Below, piece after piece: positions 1-14,476 of a stretch of 64,000 nucleotides of DNA. Below the pieces are notes generated by a model that was not told where the DNA came from, searched no databases, and saw nothing but the letters and a program-made list of their open reading frames with translations. Within the stretch, counting starts at the first letter, position 1; each line of letters starts with the position of its first letter. The position numbers and the translations under genes are program-made. The stretch is from Bugula neritina (taxonomy: Eukaryota > Animalia > Bryozoa), in the NCBI GenBank assembly GCA_964035545.1, contig OZ037765.1:30875504-30939503 (forward strand), in the 5' to 3' direction.

Positions 1-3000
1 TAGATATTTTTTACCCTCTATTTTCTACAGTTTCTTATTCATATCCGATGAATCACGGCAACCTGCAAATGAATGGTCTATTATAAACAATGATACACCT
101 AATCTTATGTAATAATACTAGGATCAATCTTTGTCAGCATAATTCCCCTCTTTATTTCTTACTATCTATAAGGAATAAACTGCTACATGCCCTTCGCAGC
201 ACGCCTCACGTCATTTTGTAAGCCTTTCAATTTACATAAAGAATTGCTTTTCAATATGCATATTTGTCTGGACTACACCCCATCTAAATACAGTCTTGAG
301 TTTGGCTGTTTTTCTGCTCATCCTTAGCTAATATTGATACAGTATTGCCTTTCAAGCGGCTTAGTCACCTTGTCGTCAACTATAAAGAAAATTAGCAGTG
401 TTATTAAAATTACGTGACCCTATAAGCTTGTGCATAATGCATAAAATATGCTTAATTCCGGTCTTAGTAAACAATAAAGAAGTGCAGGTTTTGAAAATCA
501 TATTATGTGATAATACAGAGTGAGAAGGCTAGGGTTGGTGCAAATGATTTATTTAAATTAATTTTCATTATGAAATAATATCATTTATGTTAACAAGTGA
601 TTGCAAAATAAGAAAATCAATAAATGTGAATGAGTTAGATATTACATAATTTACTTGAGTTCAGAATTAATTGCGTGTCGAAAAGGCTAAATGTAAATTA
701 ATTTTATGAGTACTCAGAGTTATTTAAATATTTTATTCATCAAAGTACATTTATTGTTTAGAAATTTGTGTTCTTGCTAATAAAAACTCATGGATTACTG
801 TATAATCTTTTTCATGAGAGATTTAAAATGTTACATACATGGCTATCATTATGCATAACTTGGCTATTACAAGTACACAAAGTTCATCTTTCCCATCTTT
901 TAAGTTTAGTACATAATCTGCATCTTCTCTTTTCTAACATAATTGTAAAAATTGAACTCAAAAACTCTCCTCCATTTGCTATTTCGTATATGCTTAGAGT
1001 AGGGAAAATATGAATCAGTTTGCAATTTTAAAATATGTACGTGCAGTTAGTTTTTTCTCTTACTGTTCAGGAAAATACTAAAGTTCATGACTTATTTTTA
1101 AATGTAAGCTGAAGTAATTTGGTTAAATCTGGTATCACATATTACTCTGCATAAATTGGTTTTTGCATTTTTCTCAAAATTTCATCATTACTGATTGGCC
1201 TTTAAATTTTGATTTCTAATCAATCAGAGCACACTAGTCCAGTTTGTAAACATAAAGTGGGTCACAAGGCAGTCGTTGGGTATATTAATATATAGGTATT
1301 TTGACCAAATTAGAAGAGTTTTATTGTGCTTTCCATTTGATATGAAACTAGAGTACTATGTTCTCTAAGATCCTATCAAGTATTCTCATCAAAATTACTA
1401 GCAAAGGTTTACTAGAAATATGTGTTTTACTTTTGGTTTATCTGATATGAAATTATGAATTTGTAGCTAATTCCCTGCAGTTATGAGATGATTTGCATCA
1501 TAAAACTGTACATCAGGTTTTTTATAACAAGTTTTCACAGACTTCAAAAAAGTTTAATGAGTTGTTCGTTGTAGAATACGAGTGGCAAGTCATTAGGGGT
1601 TAAGTAGGCCTTAATAAATCTTCTTCATCCAGTACTATGCAGTCAACTCAAATATGTTATTGAATATTATACATTATAATTGTCTGCATATGAATATGCT
1701 ATGCATAAATTTGAATAAATACCCCATAATTTTAGAAGTCGAAGCTGAGAAATCTCTCAAATCAACATTTAAACCCAGTTATGACTAATTCTGTTTTGGA
1801 GAAGAATCATATCAGTCTCCCTGCACTTGAGGTATTCTTACAATCATAATTAAATGTGTGCCTCTTTTGTAGTTTATTATAGCTGCTATTTTATGCGTTC
1901 TTTATCATCAATTTACATCAATCAGCTAAGTTTATTAACATTTCATCTGTTTTTTAAGTTGTTTTTTGCCATTAAACAACATTGATGAAACAATTTTCAA
2001 GTTGTACTTATATTTGTAGATTATAGTGAAAGCACCTGTTGCAGGTTTGTATGTCGGGTACACAGTCTATGGATTTATAAGAACTTCTCCACTATGAACA
2101 TTTTCTTCCTTCCAAGTTGTCTGCTATTTTTTCAAAAATCCAAAGAGCTCAATGGCGCAATGACTTCTAATATTGTTTCTGACACTCTATTGGAAGTGTT
2201 TCATATTTAAAGTTTACAGCTTATCATTTTATAAAAGAAAATTTCTTTCAGTTTTCTTATATTGAAATACATTTTATCTGATTGATAGCCTTAATTGGCA
2301 CTTAAAGATAATTAATAAAGTATTTCTGTCTGTGTCGCTCTCATTTCTTTTGAGTTGGTTGTATAACTGTTTTTGAGAATAGCTTATACTTTCAAACTGG
2401 ATGCTAACTTTTCAACTATGGATTATGGTTGCGTAGTAAGTTATGATGATTATACTGAATTATAATAAAGATAATTGCTTTCATTTTAATTAGGAGGATC
2501 ATAACTGAGTCCACATCTGTTTATTAGGTGTTTCTGGTAAGGCATTTACTCATAAGATTGCATAACAAAAAATTTGATTAATGAGGTAAAGGCTGTAAGG
2601 TGTTTCACTGTGTTGACCATGCATCATGCCTTGTGGCTCCTCTGGCAATAAACTCATGATTAGTAAGACCAGCTACACCCATCAGTTACCAAGTAATATG
2701 TTCCGATTATAATAATTTTATATTCAATCTAATAAAGTGTTGGCTTGGATTATATTTTAGTTCAGCTTATAGTGTAAGGGTCAAGATTATTGATCATAAT
2801 GAACCAAAGCAAAATATCAACAGTGAAAGATTGAATTAAATAATACTATCTAGTGGTATACTGTGGTCCAAGATCAGTCTCAAGTTTAGGTCATTTGTAA
2901 TGTTTTGATGAAGTAGTTTTTTATTTTAGTCCTTCAATTGTGGATTTTAATATTCACATAATTACTGCTTTTAAAAATGGTTCTTGAAAATTTATTCTTT

Positions 3001-3479
3001 TAAATATCCTCTGAAAAAACTAAAGATAAGCCAATGTGCTTTTTTTGAATCCATGATCCAAACATATATAATAGAGAGTTAGTTTAATTTTTATGCCATG
3101 TATATTTCATATACTAATTAATATAATATAAAAGATATAAAAATAATAATAAATAGTTAGCAATATCCATAACAAAACTATGCTACTTAATATTATCTTT
3201 GTTGTGAACAGTAGTAAGTATTCACTAATAACTATGTACAATGAAAAAGAAAAAAAATTAGACACAGCAGTGTTACTACAGCAAAATTGTTTAAAAAAAT
3301 ATGAATAAGTTTTATATTTTATTGTCAGCAAACCAAATTATTACACAAAACAGTGACATGGGATTTTTTGTCACATCAAATTTATTAAGAGTGATAACAT
3401 GTTGTTCCAGAAACTTCCTCGTGTGGATGTTTAGAACTGAATGTCCGACTTTCTAGAGCATTAGTATTCTCCCTTCTTG

Positions 3480-6400
3480 TTAATTGCGATCTAAAACAAA
3501 TACACACAACATAAAGAAAAACATAAGATGTAATATTGGATATGAATTATATAAAACAAAATAAATAATGTATTTGTACAGAGTATTAGCCATTTCTTGC
3601 ATTAGCAATAGTGTAGCCTAAGTTTTAAAATATAAAGTTGGAAGTTATTAAAAAAAGGACTAAATTTAGCTAAACAGAAGAGCCATGTTACATGATATTT
3701 TTAAGCTGAAGACTATAAGCACCAGCGACAGATTATAAGCCTAATGGGATCTTGAGGTGAGGATTAGCATGAAAATTTTTAGTTAAAAAGCAACAGGTAA
3801 AGAGAAATAGTACAGAATATGATACAAGCATAGCCACACCCACACAAATGCATCTACACTAAACTATAAAAGTTGGTGATGGTACATCAGTTGGTGCCCA
3901 GTTATTGCCAATATGTGAGTGGCTGCTGAAAGGACTTGGTGCACTAACAATTTTGAGATAGAAATTGCGTTGGGTCTAGAGGTCAATAGAGCGTTGGCTC
4001 TAGAGGTAAATGGCAGAAGAGAGTGTATAGACGGTGACATGCTTGCTGGCTAAGCTCTGCAGAGTACAATAATGTGTAAGACGCGACCTTAAATACTCAC
4101 CAATGTTTTAATAATACTGTTTGGCCGAGTCACCCAGACTGTAGCTCAACTTAAAAAAATATCACATTTATTAATTTCCAGTGTATAAAAAGTAGCATTG
4201 CATTACATGGCCAGGCCCAAGAAGGAGTGAAATATCTAAAGTGACTGGGTGATGTAGCAGCTTGTAGGATTGTGTGGGAGCGGAACTGATTGAACTAAAA
4301 TCGATTTGAGGTGTTAGAAAACATGGAGGTTACTGGGTTAGTTGAAAGATTGGAGAGAGCAATGGAAGTTCAACACACAGATTATAGTAGGTACACGAGA
4401 CAGTACAGTTAGTGATGACACACAAAAGATGATACTAACAGACAGGTGAAACACAAACAGGGGAGTAATGAACATCAATTACTACACTGATTGTACATAT
4501 TAATGGTTAGTGACAGTGAAACACCAGTAACATGCAATCTTTTATATTACTCAAGTTAAAATTCATGCAAACTCAAATTTATAAATTAGTAGTTGAACTA
4601 CAATACAAGATATGCCAAACACATGCTGAATCAGTAAGGTTGTCACAGTGAGCAAGAGAACAGAGTGGAATTAATAACTTACTTCTGCAGAACGCCTCTG
4701 CTTCATCGCTGCCGTCTGTACAGTCGTTTGTCCCATCACAGGTATATTTCCCGTCTATACATACATCCTCAGTGCCCTCTGTCCATGCATCCGACCCATT
4801 AACACACTTGAATTCTCCATGCTGGCAAGGTGCTGAAAGATTAAAGTTGCTGTTTATAAAACTAATGGTACCATCATACCAGTTGCTTTTATCAAGAAGA
4901 GCTTTTAATTTTCATACATCAAATATAAAAAAACTTAAATCAAGTGTTTCTAATTGAATAACCGAAACTAATATATTTGACATAATGGTAGACGATTGGA
5001 GTTGAAAGACTCTGGAAAGAGGCTCACTCACCAACTGGCACGCAATCTTTCTCGTCACTTTCGTCACCACAATCGTCTTTAAAGTCGCACTTCCAGACTT
5101 TTGGTATACATTTACCATTGCCACATGTAAACTGTCCAGTCACGCATTGGAAATTATCTGCAAAACAAAGGAAATCTTAAATAAATCTTTACTGATGAAT
5201 TTCTAATCACTTTCCCCAGACATTAGGTCTAGCTGTATGACACCAGGATGTGCTCTGATAAACAGCAGAAAAAGAAGATCTGCAGTGAATTTTCTCAGAA
5301 GAAAAACACCTGGAACATCACTTGAATTAATTGAGTATCATGTGACTATCATTTACGAATGCACAAGTTTTTATTACAACTTTTTCAAATGAAATAAGAA
5401 AGTGCAATGTAATAAAAATTCCAACTTAATGCAGAAGTGGTTAGAGTATCACCAATGAGTGAGGGATTGAAAATTATAACAAAACTTAGGCATGTAATTA
5501 GACGTACCGCAGTTTTGTTCATCGCTGCCATCGAGACAGTCGGATACGCTGTCACATCTATCCTTCATCCCGTGACACACATCGGCATCGCAAATAAATC
5601 CTGAGGCGCAATCTACAAGTATTTTTAATAAATATAAATAGTAACCAATCACTGATAACTGCCCTGTAACTATTCAAGCCTGTCAGGGATATTTAGAGTG
5701 AGATGTACTAACTACATGCAGATTAACATGTAATAACATGTAAATTACGCATCAAATCACATTCGCTTGAATTACCAAATCATAGGTTTATACTTTCTCA
5801 ACTAATAAATTAGCCATTCTATTGATCTTACTCAAGCCAATTATTTGGAAGATGTATTACTAAAAGATAAATACTCCATTTGAAAACATAATATCTTTTG
5901 ATCTGTTACCAACTTTATTACTACTGGCTATAATAATTAGACATAATGTTACAGTATTAATGGCTGGCCAACAACCGTTTCAGACACGCACCATGTCTTC
6001 AAAGTTGCTAAATCCCTTCTACTTGCATAAAATTTCAGTGCATTTTGAAGAATTAGTAAGCAACAAGCAAAAGTTGCCCAGCAGGTTATTAATGACTAAC
6101 TCATGAGTGACTGCTATTCGAACTGATTAGAAATATAACTGAGTCAATGAGTAACGAGTAAATAATGCGACTAGTCTGCTATGCCAACTCATACATATGA
6201 GTTATGAAATATTTCTGAGTAAACTAGGCAATTAGTGTGTCTAATAGCCACTCTCAAAGCATAGCAGGCACTATTCAAGTTGTTTTATTAACTTAGTTTT
6301 TCAATAATAGGCAGTTTCATATTTTTGAATTTCTACAACCTAATGCGCTCTCACTATCACGGTAGTGGAGAATTCCTTAGAAGTCAGTGAGACATTTAGA

Positions 6401-9400
6401 AAAAGGAAAGAAAACTCTTGTTAAATTCATAATTCACAAAATTCACCAGAAGTTATTAAAAGTATCTAAATACTCACTGGGTGGGACTACATCCTGTTCG
6501 CCAACACAAATGCTAGAGTCGGTACTGTTAGGGAACATGTCACATCGAATATTGTCTGCCTCATTTCCCAATATGGACTCCATATAAGTCCCACAAGTGC
6601 TGAATGCAGCTGAAACAAAAAAGGTCTTAATTAGCAAAGAAACCTTGAGAATGGAAGATTTGAAGAAGCCAAGACAAGCTGGTGATACTTATTAATTATA
6701 TATAATCATTGCTTGCACTAACAATGGCATATTGAAATACTACTAATTGTGTGGCAAGGGTTGCAATGCAGGGTGTTATTTTACAGCTTAATTTATTGGT
6801 TGTGTACAATTAAAATTATGGTTTTATATTAAGCGTAGCAGCATGCTGTTTGCATTGTTGTAGGAATATAGTAATTAGCTTTAACAAATTTATGGTTAGC
6901 TTCGAAAATTAATAGCGTTTGAGAAATATTTTCGCCCTAAAGAAATAGAAAGTTGTACACTGGATACTATAGAAACAGACTGTAGCCAGAGGCAAGCACT
7001 CAAGTAGGCTATTTATTGTAGTCGCAAACAATCATTCTATTTTCATTCAGTATATCATCATGTAACTGTATCAACATGCAGTGCTACTCTTCTTGATACA
7101 ATTCAAACAGGATTAATGGCAGGTCTTATCCCCCTCTTGTCTCTTGAGAAGAAAATGCACTCAACCAGCTTCAGTATAACCTGCTACGACTACAGCCTCG
7201 TATCTTATACTCAGACAAGCCGGGCCATCATGGGAAAGTTCACTTAATGATGCTGCATTCTCCTTCAATAGTCGCAGCTCTGAATATTAATCCCCTGCTT
7301 GCCCGATGTTATCAGTGTTGATATGAATAAATATATACTAATCCACATTTGATATACTGGAGGAGCTAGGATAGTGACACTGTATCTATAAGTACTGTAC
7401 AACTTCCAGGGTATTTCTGCTTACCTTCACAAAGCTGCCTGCATGGAGGAATTCTATCCTGGTCAGCATCACATTTGGGTACCATCAGGGCACAGGAGAA
7501 GAGATTCAGGTGAGAATAACACCCAGTGCTGGTAGAGATAGAATCTAATATCGTCAGCAAAGTACTAGCATCATCCTGGTGAAAGAAATATACATTTCTG
7601 TGCACATCTCAACACATTAAAGCTGCCATGACTTGGCTATATTAGTCTACTGCAACCTAACTACTATCCAATCATGGTAGTTTGTACCAGCAGAAAATAT
7701 AATGACAACAGAATAAGTTTTGTAACTAATCTTTTCTAAATTTGTGGTCAGGAAATAATCGCAACAGAACCTAATTGCTGGCTATGTTAGGAGTATGTAG
7801 AGCGGTATTGGGCGAAAGTCGATACTAAATGCTGTGGAAGCCATTAATCATTGCAGCAGATGGGGATTAGCCCAAGTAGTAATATTACAAGCTTATATAC
7901 CTATAAATTACATGAGAAACTCTGCTATATTCCTATAGACATTACATGTTTTACAGTTGTTATCAGATGGTATTAAACAGATAGCATCTCATAATACATT
8001 GTAGAGATCATCTTTAACCACAACACTGCCTTCTAGAAAACTGTTCATATTTAAAATTCATGTGGTAATGACATTGTTTAGTTGGTGTATACATTACTAG
8101 AATACAAGGTATAGGGTGTAGATTGCTAGGTTATTGTGTTTATTTTATTATATTCGCATACCTATAGTATCATTTTCATCATCCTAATAGAATTTATATT
8201 AGCTGCCCTATCTACACTTACTCATAGGTATGGCCTAGAGTTGCAAGCCTTTCGGAAAAAATCACAGGTGAGTAAAATCAAAGCCCAATAGCTCGGCCAG
8301 ACTGATTAATTTTAATGAGAATGTGTGATTGTTTACAATACAAAAGTTAGTAAAAAAGAAAGCACGAGGACGACTGCCATAACAATAGGGCTGGTGACAG
8401 TAGACTGTCTCATTGTACAGTGTGAAAGATAAAGGCAGTGGGAACTTCTGTCATACAATACTAATTATTCTACTATTCATAGCAAAATATATGGTATAAC
8501 ACTTATCAATATAGTGGAATATAGCGTATATAATACATATATACATAGAGAGGTATACAATTAAGCCAAGTATACTAATAGTGAATTCCATAATATACTG
8601 AATATCAACGGAGTATTAAGGAAGTTGTGTAGGTGAATGTACCTGGTTCTCATTGCCCATGAAGTTAGGGAACGTAGTACCACTGCTGTTATATGGTGCT
8701 CTTTGGCATATGGAGTTGGTGATGGGTTGGCAGACACCAGAGGCTGGGGGTATGGTGACTAAAATACAATACAATACAAGAATTACTGGTCATCAATCAA
8801 TTTATTCAAATTATGTACAATCATGGCCAGAGTAAAGCCTATGCTAAGATACTAGATGGTGCAAACCCCTCGACTCAACACAACAACTGAATAAGAGGCT
8901 AAAAAACATTTTCTATTACTCATTGCACGACTTTGATTTAGCTGTTAACCAAATAGAGATAACGTAAAACATGACGAACCAAATCTCTTAAAACATCGAA
9001 TAGCAAACAGTTGTACAGTCTTATCTCACCAGCTTTACATCTTACATTGTTGATTTCATAGCTTACAATACGCTGCCAAATGGCTGACACATGACGTGAT
9101 AGTAAGTGAGATTATAAACTTACAGGGCTGCGGGGTGGTGACCACTGGAGTGGTTGTGGGAGTGGGAGTCGTAGTAACTGGCTCTGGTGACTGAGACTCT
9201 GTTATCTCTAATATTGTTGTTGTTTCAGTGTTTGAACTTTCAAAGTCTAAGAGTAACAAAAAATACATTAAAAATAAATAACAGTTTGAAGTCAGCTAAA
9301 TTTTTGTAATGTATGATGTTATTTACACGAGATGAGGTTTTAGTGAAGCAATTTTATTCATTTTTACACAAACTGTCATTCAAAGCAGAGATAAGAAAAC

Positions 9401-12400
9401 ACAAAATTCGGACCAAAATCTGAAATCATTGAACTGCTGCTTACAGGGTAGAGACTGTATGTCATAAGGTGAGATCTGTGACATGTACAGATTGGAAGCG
9501 TTGCTAGTTTGAGCAACCAATAGCTGCTTTACAGAGTCAGCGTGTGTCTGAGCATCAGTCTCAGGAAATTCTTTCTTTAGATGCACCATAAATTCCACTA
9601 TGACTGAGCCATTCCTACAGATAATTATTTATAACAAAACAGATGAAAGAAGACTCCATTACGCAAGTCGCAGTGAATAACACTTAATTTCAGCATCTCA
9701 ATGGATTATCAACTGGTAAAACTTTATATAGAGCTAAGAGAGACTATCAACGTGCACAAACTCATTTGAAGTATACCGCTGTCTCGCACTGCTCCCTGTA
9801 TAAACAAAGAGAAGAGTTTCAATAGAGATTTTACTTTAATCTGTACTCATAATAATAATGGCAATGATTAGAGATGAGATGCACTCAATGATTAGCGTTA
9901 ATAAAACTAAAGCTAATTTGTCCATTTTTTTCACAGATGATTTTTCCACGCTTACAGATATTTCTTGTTGAATAGAACTCTACTTTCTATCACAATTCAA
10001 TAATGGAAAGGAGCATTTTTTGCAGACATCAAGATAAATATATATTCACGATTGAGGATAATTACCATAATTGTAGAATGTAGTTGTGGTGCCAGTTGTT
10101 CATATTTTTTGTAGCAATTAGAGCAACATCAGTAAGTGTCATGTAAATTTGCTGAAATTAGTGTAAATTGGTTTGCTTTACTTTGAGTGGTGAATGTAAT
10201 TAGCCTGTCTACAGGCTAGTCAGTTACATGGTGCTTTGTGTTCATTGCTTGTCAGCAAATCTAGCCAATTATTGGAGAGGCTGTTACTTGTAGGCAGCAG
10301 AAGTGTATCATGTGACAGCAACTGCTGCCTCTGCTGCAGCTGCTGACGCATAAATACACAAAGATATTTGTAATTTCATTGCTTTTACAAATATATTATT
10401 ATTCCTTTTGGAAGCAGAGCCCTAAACAAGCAGAGCCCTGATACAGTGAACAACTAGATCATAATTGCTGAGTTTAGTCAAAGTGTTACTGTGTTTATGC
10501 TTTATGTAACCCTTTGCCAGAATTTTACAGTCTGGCTAATTTCTGTGTCTCCAGTTTGAAGGAAAATGGTCACAAGTTTCGAAGATAATTTCTCTGGAAT
10601 AGTTTGTTTATCAAAGTGTCATTTACACAAACTACCCCCATAGATAAACTGACTTGCTGTGGTAGCCGTGTTTCTACTTATTGTATTGTTGTGGTTTAAA
10701 TTCTAAACCGATGAGCAATGAAGTATTTAGCCTATAAAAACCAAGACGAGATTAGGATGACCTGAGATATTGAAACTAGCAGTGGGCTAGTTCTAGGGAA
10801 TTAATTATTGTACTGGCTAATGTATATATTGACAGTGCAATTAATAACCTGTGCTTTAATATAGCAAATTATTCTCTTGAATTCCGATTACAAATCTCCA
10901 TCAAAATGAGGGAAAACATGAAATTATAATTTAATTAGAAGTAAAATTTAATAATGAGGGTTGATATTATCACAGTGATTGACTGTCTACTTGGCTGTCT
11001 GTATTTTCAAGCCTCTTGGCATATCTGTTCATCTTGTTTATTCCAACTTTTACAGGTGACAAAAGATCACCTGATATTGAATTATAAAATTCAGCTACAC
11101 AGTCAGTATTCCCTCGAGAGCAACTTTCTATTCACACCGAATTCACTTCCATTATTACAACAGCAACAATGTTAATATCATGAAAAAATTTTTAAGTCTA
11201 TTCAAAATGTTCAAAGCCGTGATTTTAGATTTTATCAGGAAATTTTCAATAGAAATCCAAGTGCAATAAATAGCAGCATAGTATGAAGTATCAAATAGCA
11301 AATCATATGTGATAATTGATTACAAGAATAAGATTCAGAGACCCTCCTGGATTACAATGACTCATTCTCCTATTATTCTACTTTGTCTAAATTCAAATCT
11401 TGAATTTATCCCAGACTCAGGTGCATGAAAACCTCCAGTGTATTTATATAGCCATTATAACAATTTTATAAATTGCGGTAAATTATATGGTCTAATTTAA
11501 GATACTCCAGTAATCATTGGTAATTAGGATATTTATGTAAAGAAAGTTGAGTATATGATTAGAAAATATGTGAATAAAGCAGGTGTATTTTACAAGCTCC
11601 TCGGTTGCTATAGAAAGTGAAATACTGAGGTCATACATGTAGGATGTGTACTGGTTTATTCACACTGCATGTACCTTACTAGTCTACTCTAATATCGCAG
11701 CTGGTCTAACTTAGCAGCTAATAAACTCAGCTGTTTTCATTGCGTTGAACAAAGACTGGGAAACTATCAGCTCTACATTCAGACATTATAATCTGGTAAG
11801 AGAAAGTGAAGAGAAATTTCAATTTGTGTTTATAAGGTCATTGGAGTTAGTTTAAAAGTTAAATTAGCACACTGCCATTATTCCCATGCAGCTTAAGTAG
11901 ATAAATTGAAGGCTGTTATTTCTTGTAGTTTTTTTAGTAAGTTTTCATACATATATTTTACATTTTGTCCGTGTAATGTATAGAATGTTACACAGCCACG
12001 CACTAAGCAGATAATAAAGGAAATATTTACCTTAGTCTAAGGACTTGAATATGGTCTATAACTTTTTTCAAATCTTGTTTAGCTAACAGCACATTGTTGA
12101 CCTATAAAAACAAAACAGTGAAATTTTGATTACAAATACAGGTGAAAAGCATATTCAAAATCTGCTCAATCGAAAAATTTAATTAATTACATTTAAACAC
12201 ATTTGAATAGTCAATGATTGCAGTGAAATGTTGAAATAACAGCGGTTACAATAGCAATCAATCAGCAATGAAAACATGGTGAATGTTTCACTTATACTGT
12301 GTGTTTTTCCACATACCAACACAACAAACATGAGGCTGATTTGGCCACCTCATAGTCTGAGTGGGTTAACCTGGTATAAACTGATGATGAATACAGTACA

Positions 12401-14476
12401 GTTAGTACTACTACTCACCTCACTGACAAACTTGGCAGAGTATTGCGTGAAATCTTCCGATAGCTTATTACTGAAGCTAGACTTGTAGACTGAGGGAGGG
12501 CCATTCACCACCCGCAATGTCCCTTGTATTCTCTCTGTCATCCTATAAACTTTTGGTGAAACCAAGTTTCCACTGCCAGGGTTTGTTCCAGATTTTTGAA
12601 CTAAAATCAGGGAAAAGAGAAAGAAACTGAGTAGAAGTCGGTTTAGAGCAGCCATCTTTGTTGTTGTAATGAAATTTTCCCTCCCCTTTCAAAGATAACC
12701 CAACTTATCAGTAGAGATATTAAAATACAGATAATTATGATGAACTCTGTGATAACACAAGGAATTAATTGTTTAGACTAATAATCCTCTACTTACAAGT
12801 GAAAATACAGTTTTAATGGTAAAATATATTGCATTAAGAGGGCCACCTACGAAGTGCTGCACTTGAGAAATTATTTTAATTGCCAGTTACCATGACAGTT
12901 AATAATATTGTGAAAATTCTAACATTAATTTTTAGTGGTGTTAGCATGAAAGTAGACAGAATATTATAATTTGTAAACCGATTATCCAATTATCAATGGC
13001 ATTGAAGCAAGGTAAACAATAATGGGGGTAACATCAAATCTCCCGAATCAATGATTGAGTTTAATCACATGTTTGGTTAGTCACGGCAGCCATTAGCTAA
13101 TATCCTACTCCGAGCCCCAACTGGAGGTATATTAAGATAAACGGGCAACGCAGTCTGCATGTACTGTTTACCCTGAGCATTAGTACACTTGAAGAGGTCG
13201 TGTGCAACATGAGCGAAGGGCTATTAGACGAATCTAAGTAAATGAAACAAAATCCTCTCTCGTAAAAGCAGATGATTTGAAATGCAACAAGCTGTGGTTG
13301 AAGTGTCAATAAAGTTGTTTTATAAGTCAAACTTGTGTATACTTAAGTCAAACTTGTGTATACTTAAGCTAAATGACACTGGAGTATCGTGAAATAGAAA
13401 GCTCTACTTTGTATACAAACAGTAGAAACAGCTAATGAAACCCCAGCCAACTAACCCAATAAAAAGTTTTAATATTTGCCAACTTGGACAATAAAATTTA
13501 ACTATTTCAATATTAGTTGAGTATCAGAGCAATTTATTATACAGGTCTGAGTATCAAGTGAAACTGACCTATCAAGTGTTGTTCAAAGAAGTAATTACAC
13601 AAGAAACCTACCAGTGAATGTAACAACTAGTCCCACTGCAACTGACAGGATGGTGATGAGGACTAGCGTGAGAATGATTGCCACTAGCCACCTACGGCTA
13701 CACACGAGCATAGATTTACTGCTCGTATTGTCTAGCATCGTATTCGTAGAGGTCTTAGAATCTCTGTTATTTTTTCTAAGGAATGCGAAAGGTGAAAGTG
13801 AGCGATTGGAACTTTTAGTGTCTTTGTTGTGGTGTGTGGCTGTGTCAGCAGGGATAGTGCCTGTGTATCTGTGGTTAGAGATGCCCAGGGGGTTGTGGAG
13901 GGTGCAGGGCATTGTGTGGTGCGGGTCAGCTATAGAATTGTGATGTAATGTGCAAGGAGTATTGCTGCCAGGGCGTTGCTGCTCGTAACCATTGTTTAAT
14001 GTCCTAGGAGAGCCCGATGCCTGTCTCTGATGATGCAGGTGGTGCGGCGTTATAGAACCATGGAAGCTACAGAACGGTTGCTGAGGCAGCGTGTGTGTAG
14101 ACATCATTGGGTTTCCACAGTTACACATGGGAAGACTAGGTGGAGGCTGTTGTGGAGGTGCCGAGTGCTCGGTGCACCTGACGCTGCAGCTGCTGCACAA
14201 TGATGCCGGAGAACCCCTGAAGTGATGGTCCATTGTTTGGTGCACAGAGGGTATGCGAGACTCCATCTCATTGGTGAAGTAGGGTGGTGGGTGGTTGGAC
14301 TGTGTCTCAGACCCTATTTCTTCATAAATATGTCCATCAGGGTGGGCGAAACTGTACCCCGTAGTGTTGCTCTGTGTTTCAGCAAACTGAAACGCATTGG
14401 CTATTTGCTGTCCGCTGCCGTTTCTAGATTCACTGGTGAATCGTGGAGGCCAGCCGTTGCTAGAATTTGTTCTAAC
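3480..14476 (-). CDS. Type II transmembrane protein with SEA, Frizzled CRD and 3 LDL-receptor class A repeats (corin/TTSP stem-like, no protease domain seen); coding exons 2-13
   Basis: Phase-consistent GT-AG exons: 14476-13612 (cytoplasmic tail plus [25 protein letters not shown]), 12600-12419, 12101-12031, 9614-9445 (SEA, R|NGSVIVEF), 9246-9124 (Thr/Pro stalk), 8758-8643, 7575-7425, 6609-6478 (FZ CRD: [47 protein letters not shown]), 5612-5508, 5157-5032, 4832-4683 (LDLa, DCxDxSDE) and 3490-3480 (stop). AATAAA lies at minus-strand 3386-3381. With exon 1 the total is 2289 nt (762 aa). The terminal exon is the least certain. Confidence 0.85.

Noticed and set aside
1-400. Splice-like signals on the minus strand (acceptor near 62, micro-exon near 368-379)
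   Set aside because: No open frame or protease motif; could be UTR exons of a neighbouring gene but cannot be supported here.
1480-1603. piggyBac-like end (..AGGGGTTAA)
   Set aside because: No matching opposite terminus or transposase found.
13595-14266. ORF-track Met 14266 as the start of the membrane protein
   Set aside because: The frame is open 70 codons further to a phase-0 acceptor at 14476, and it contains motif-like sequence.
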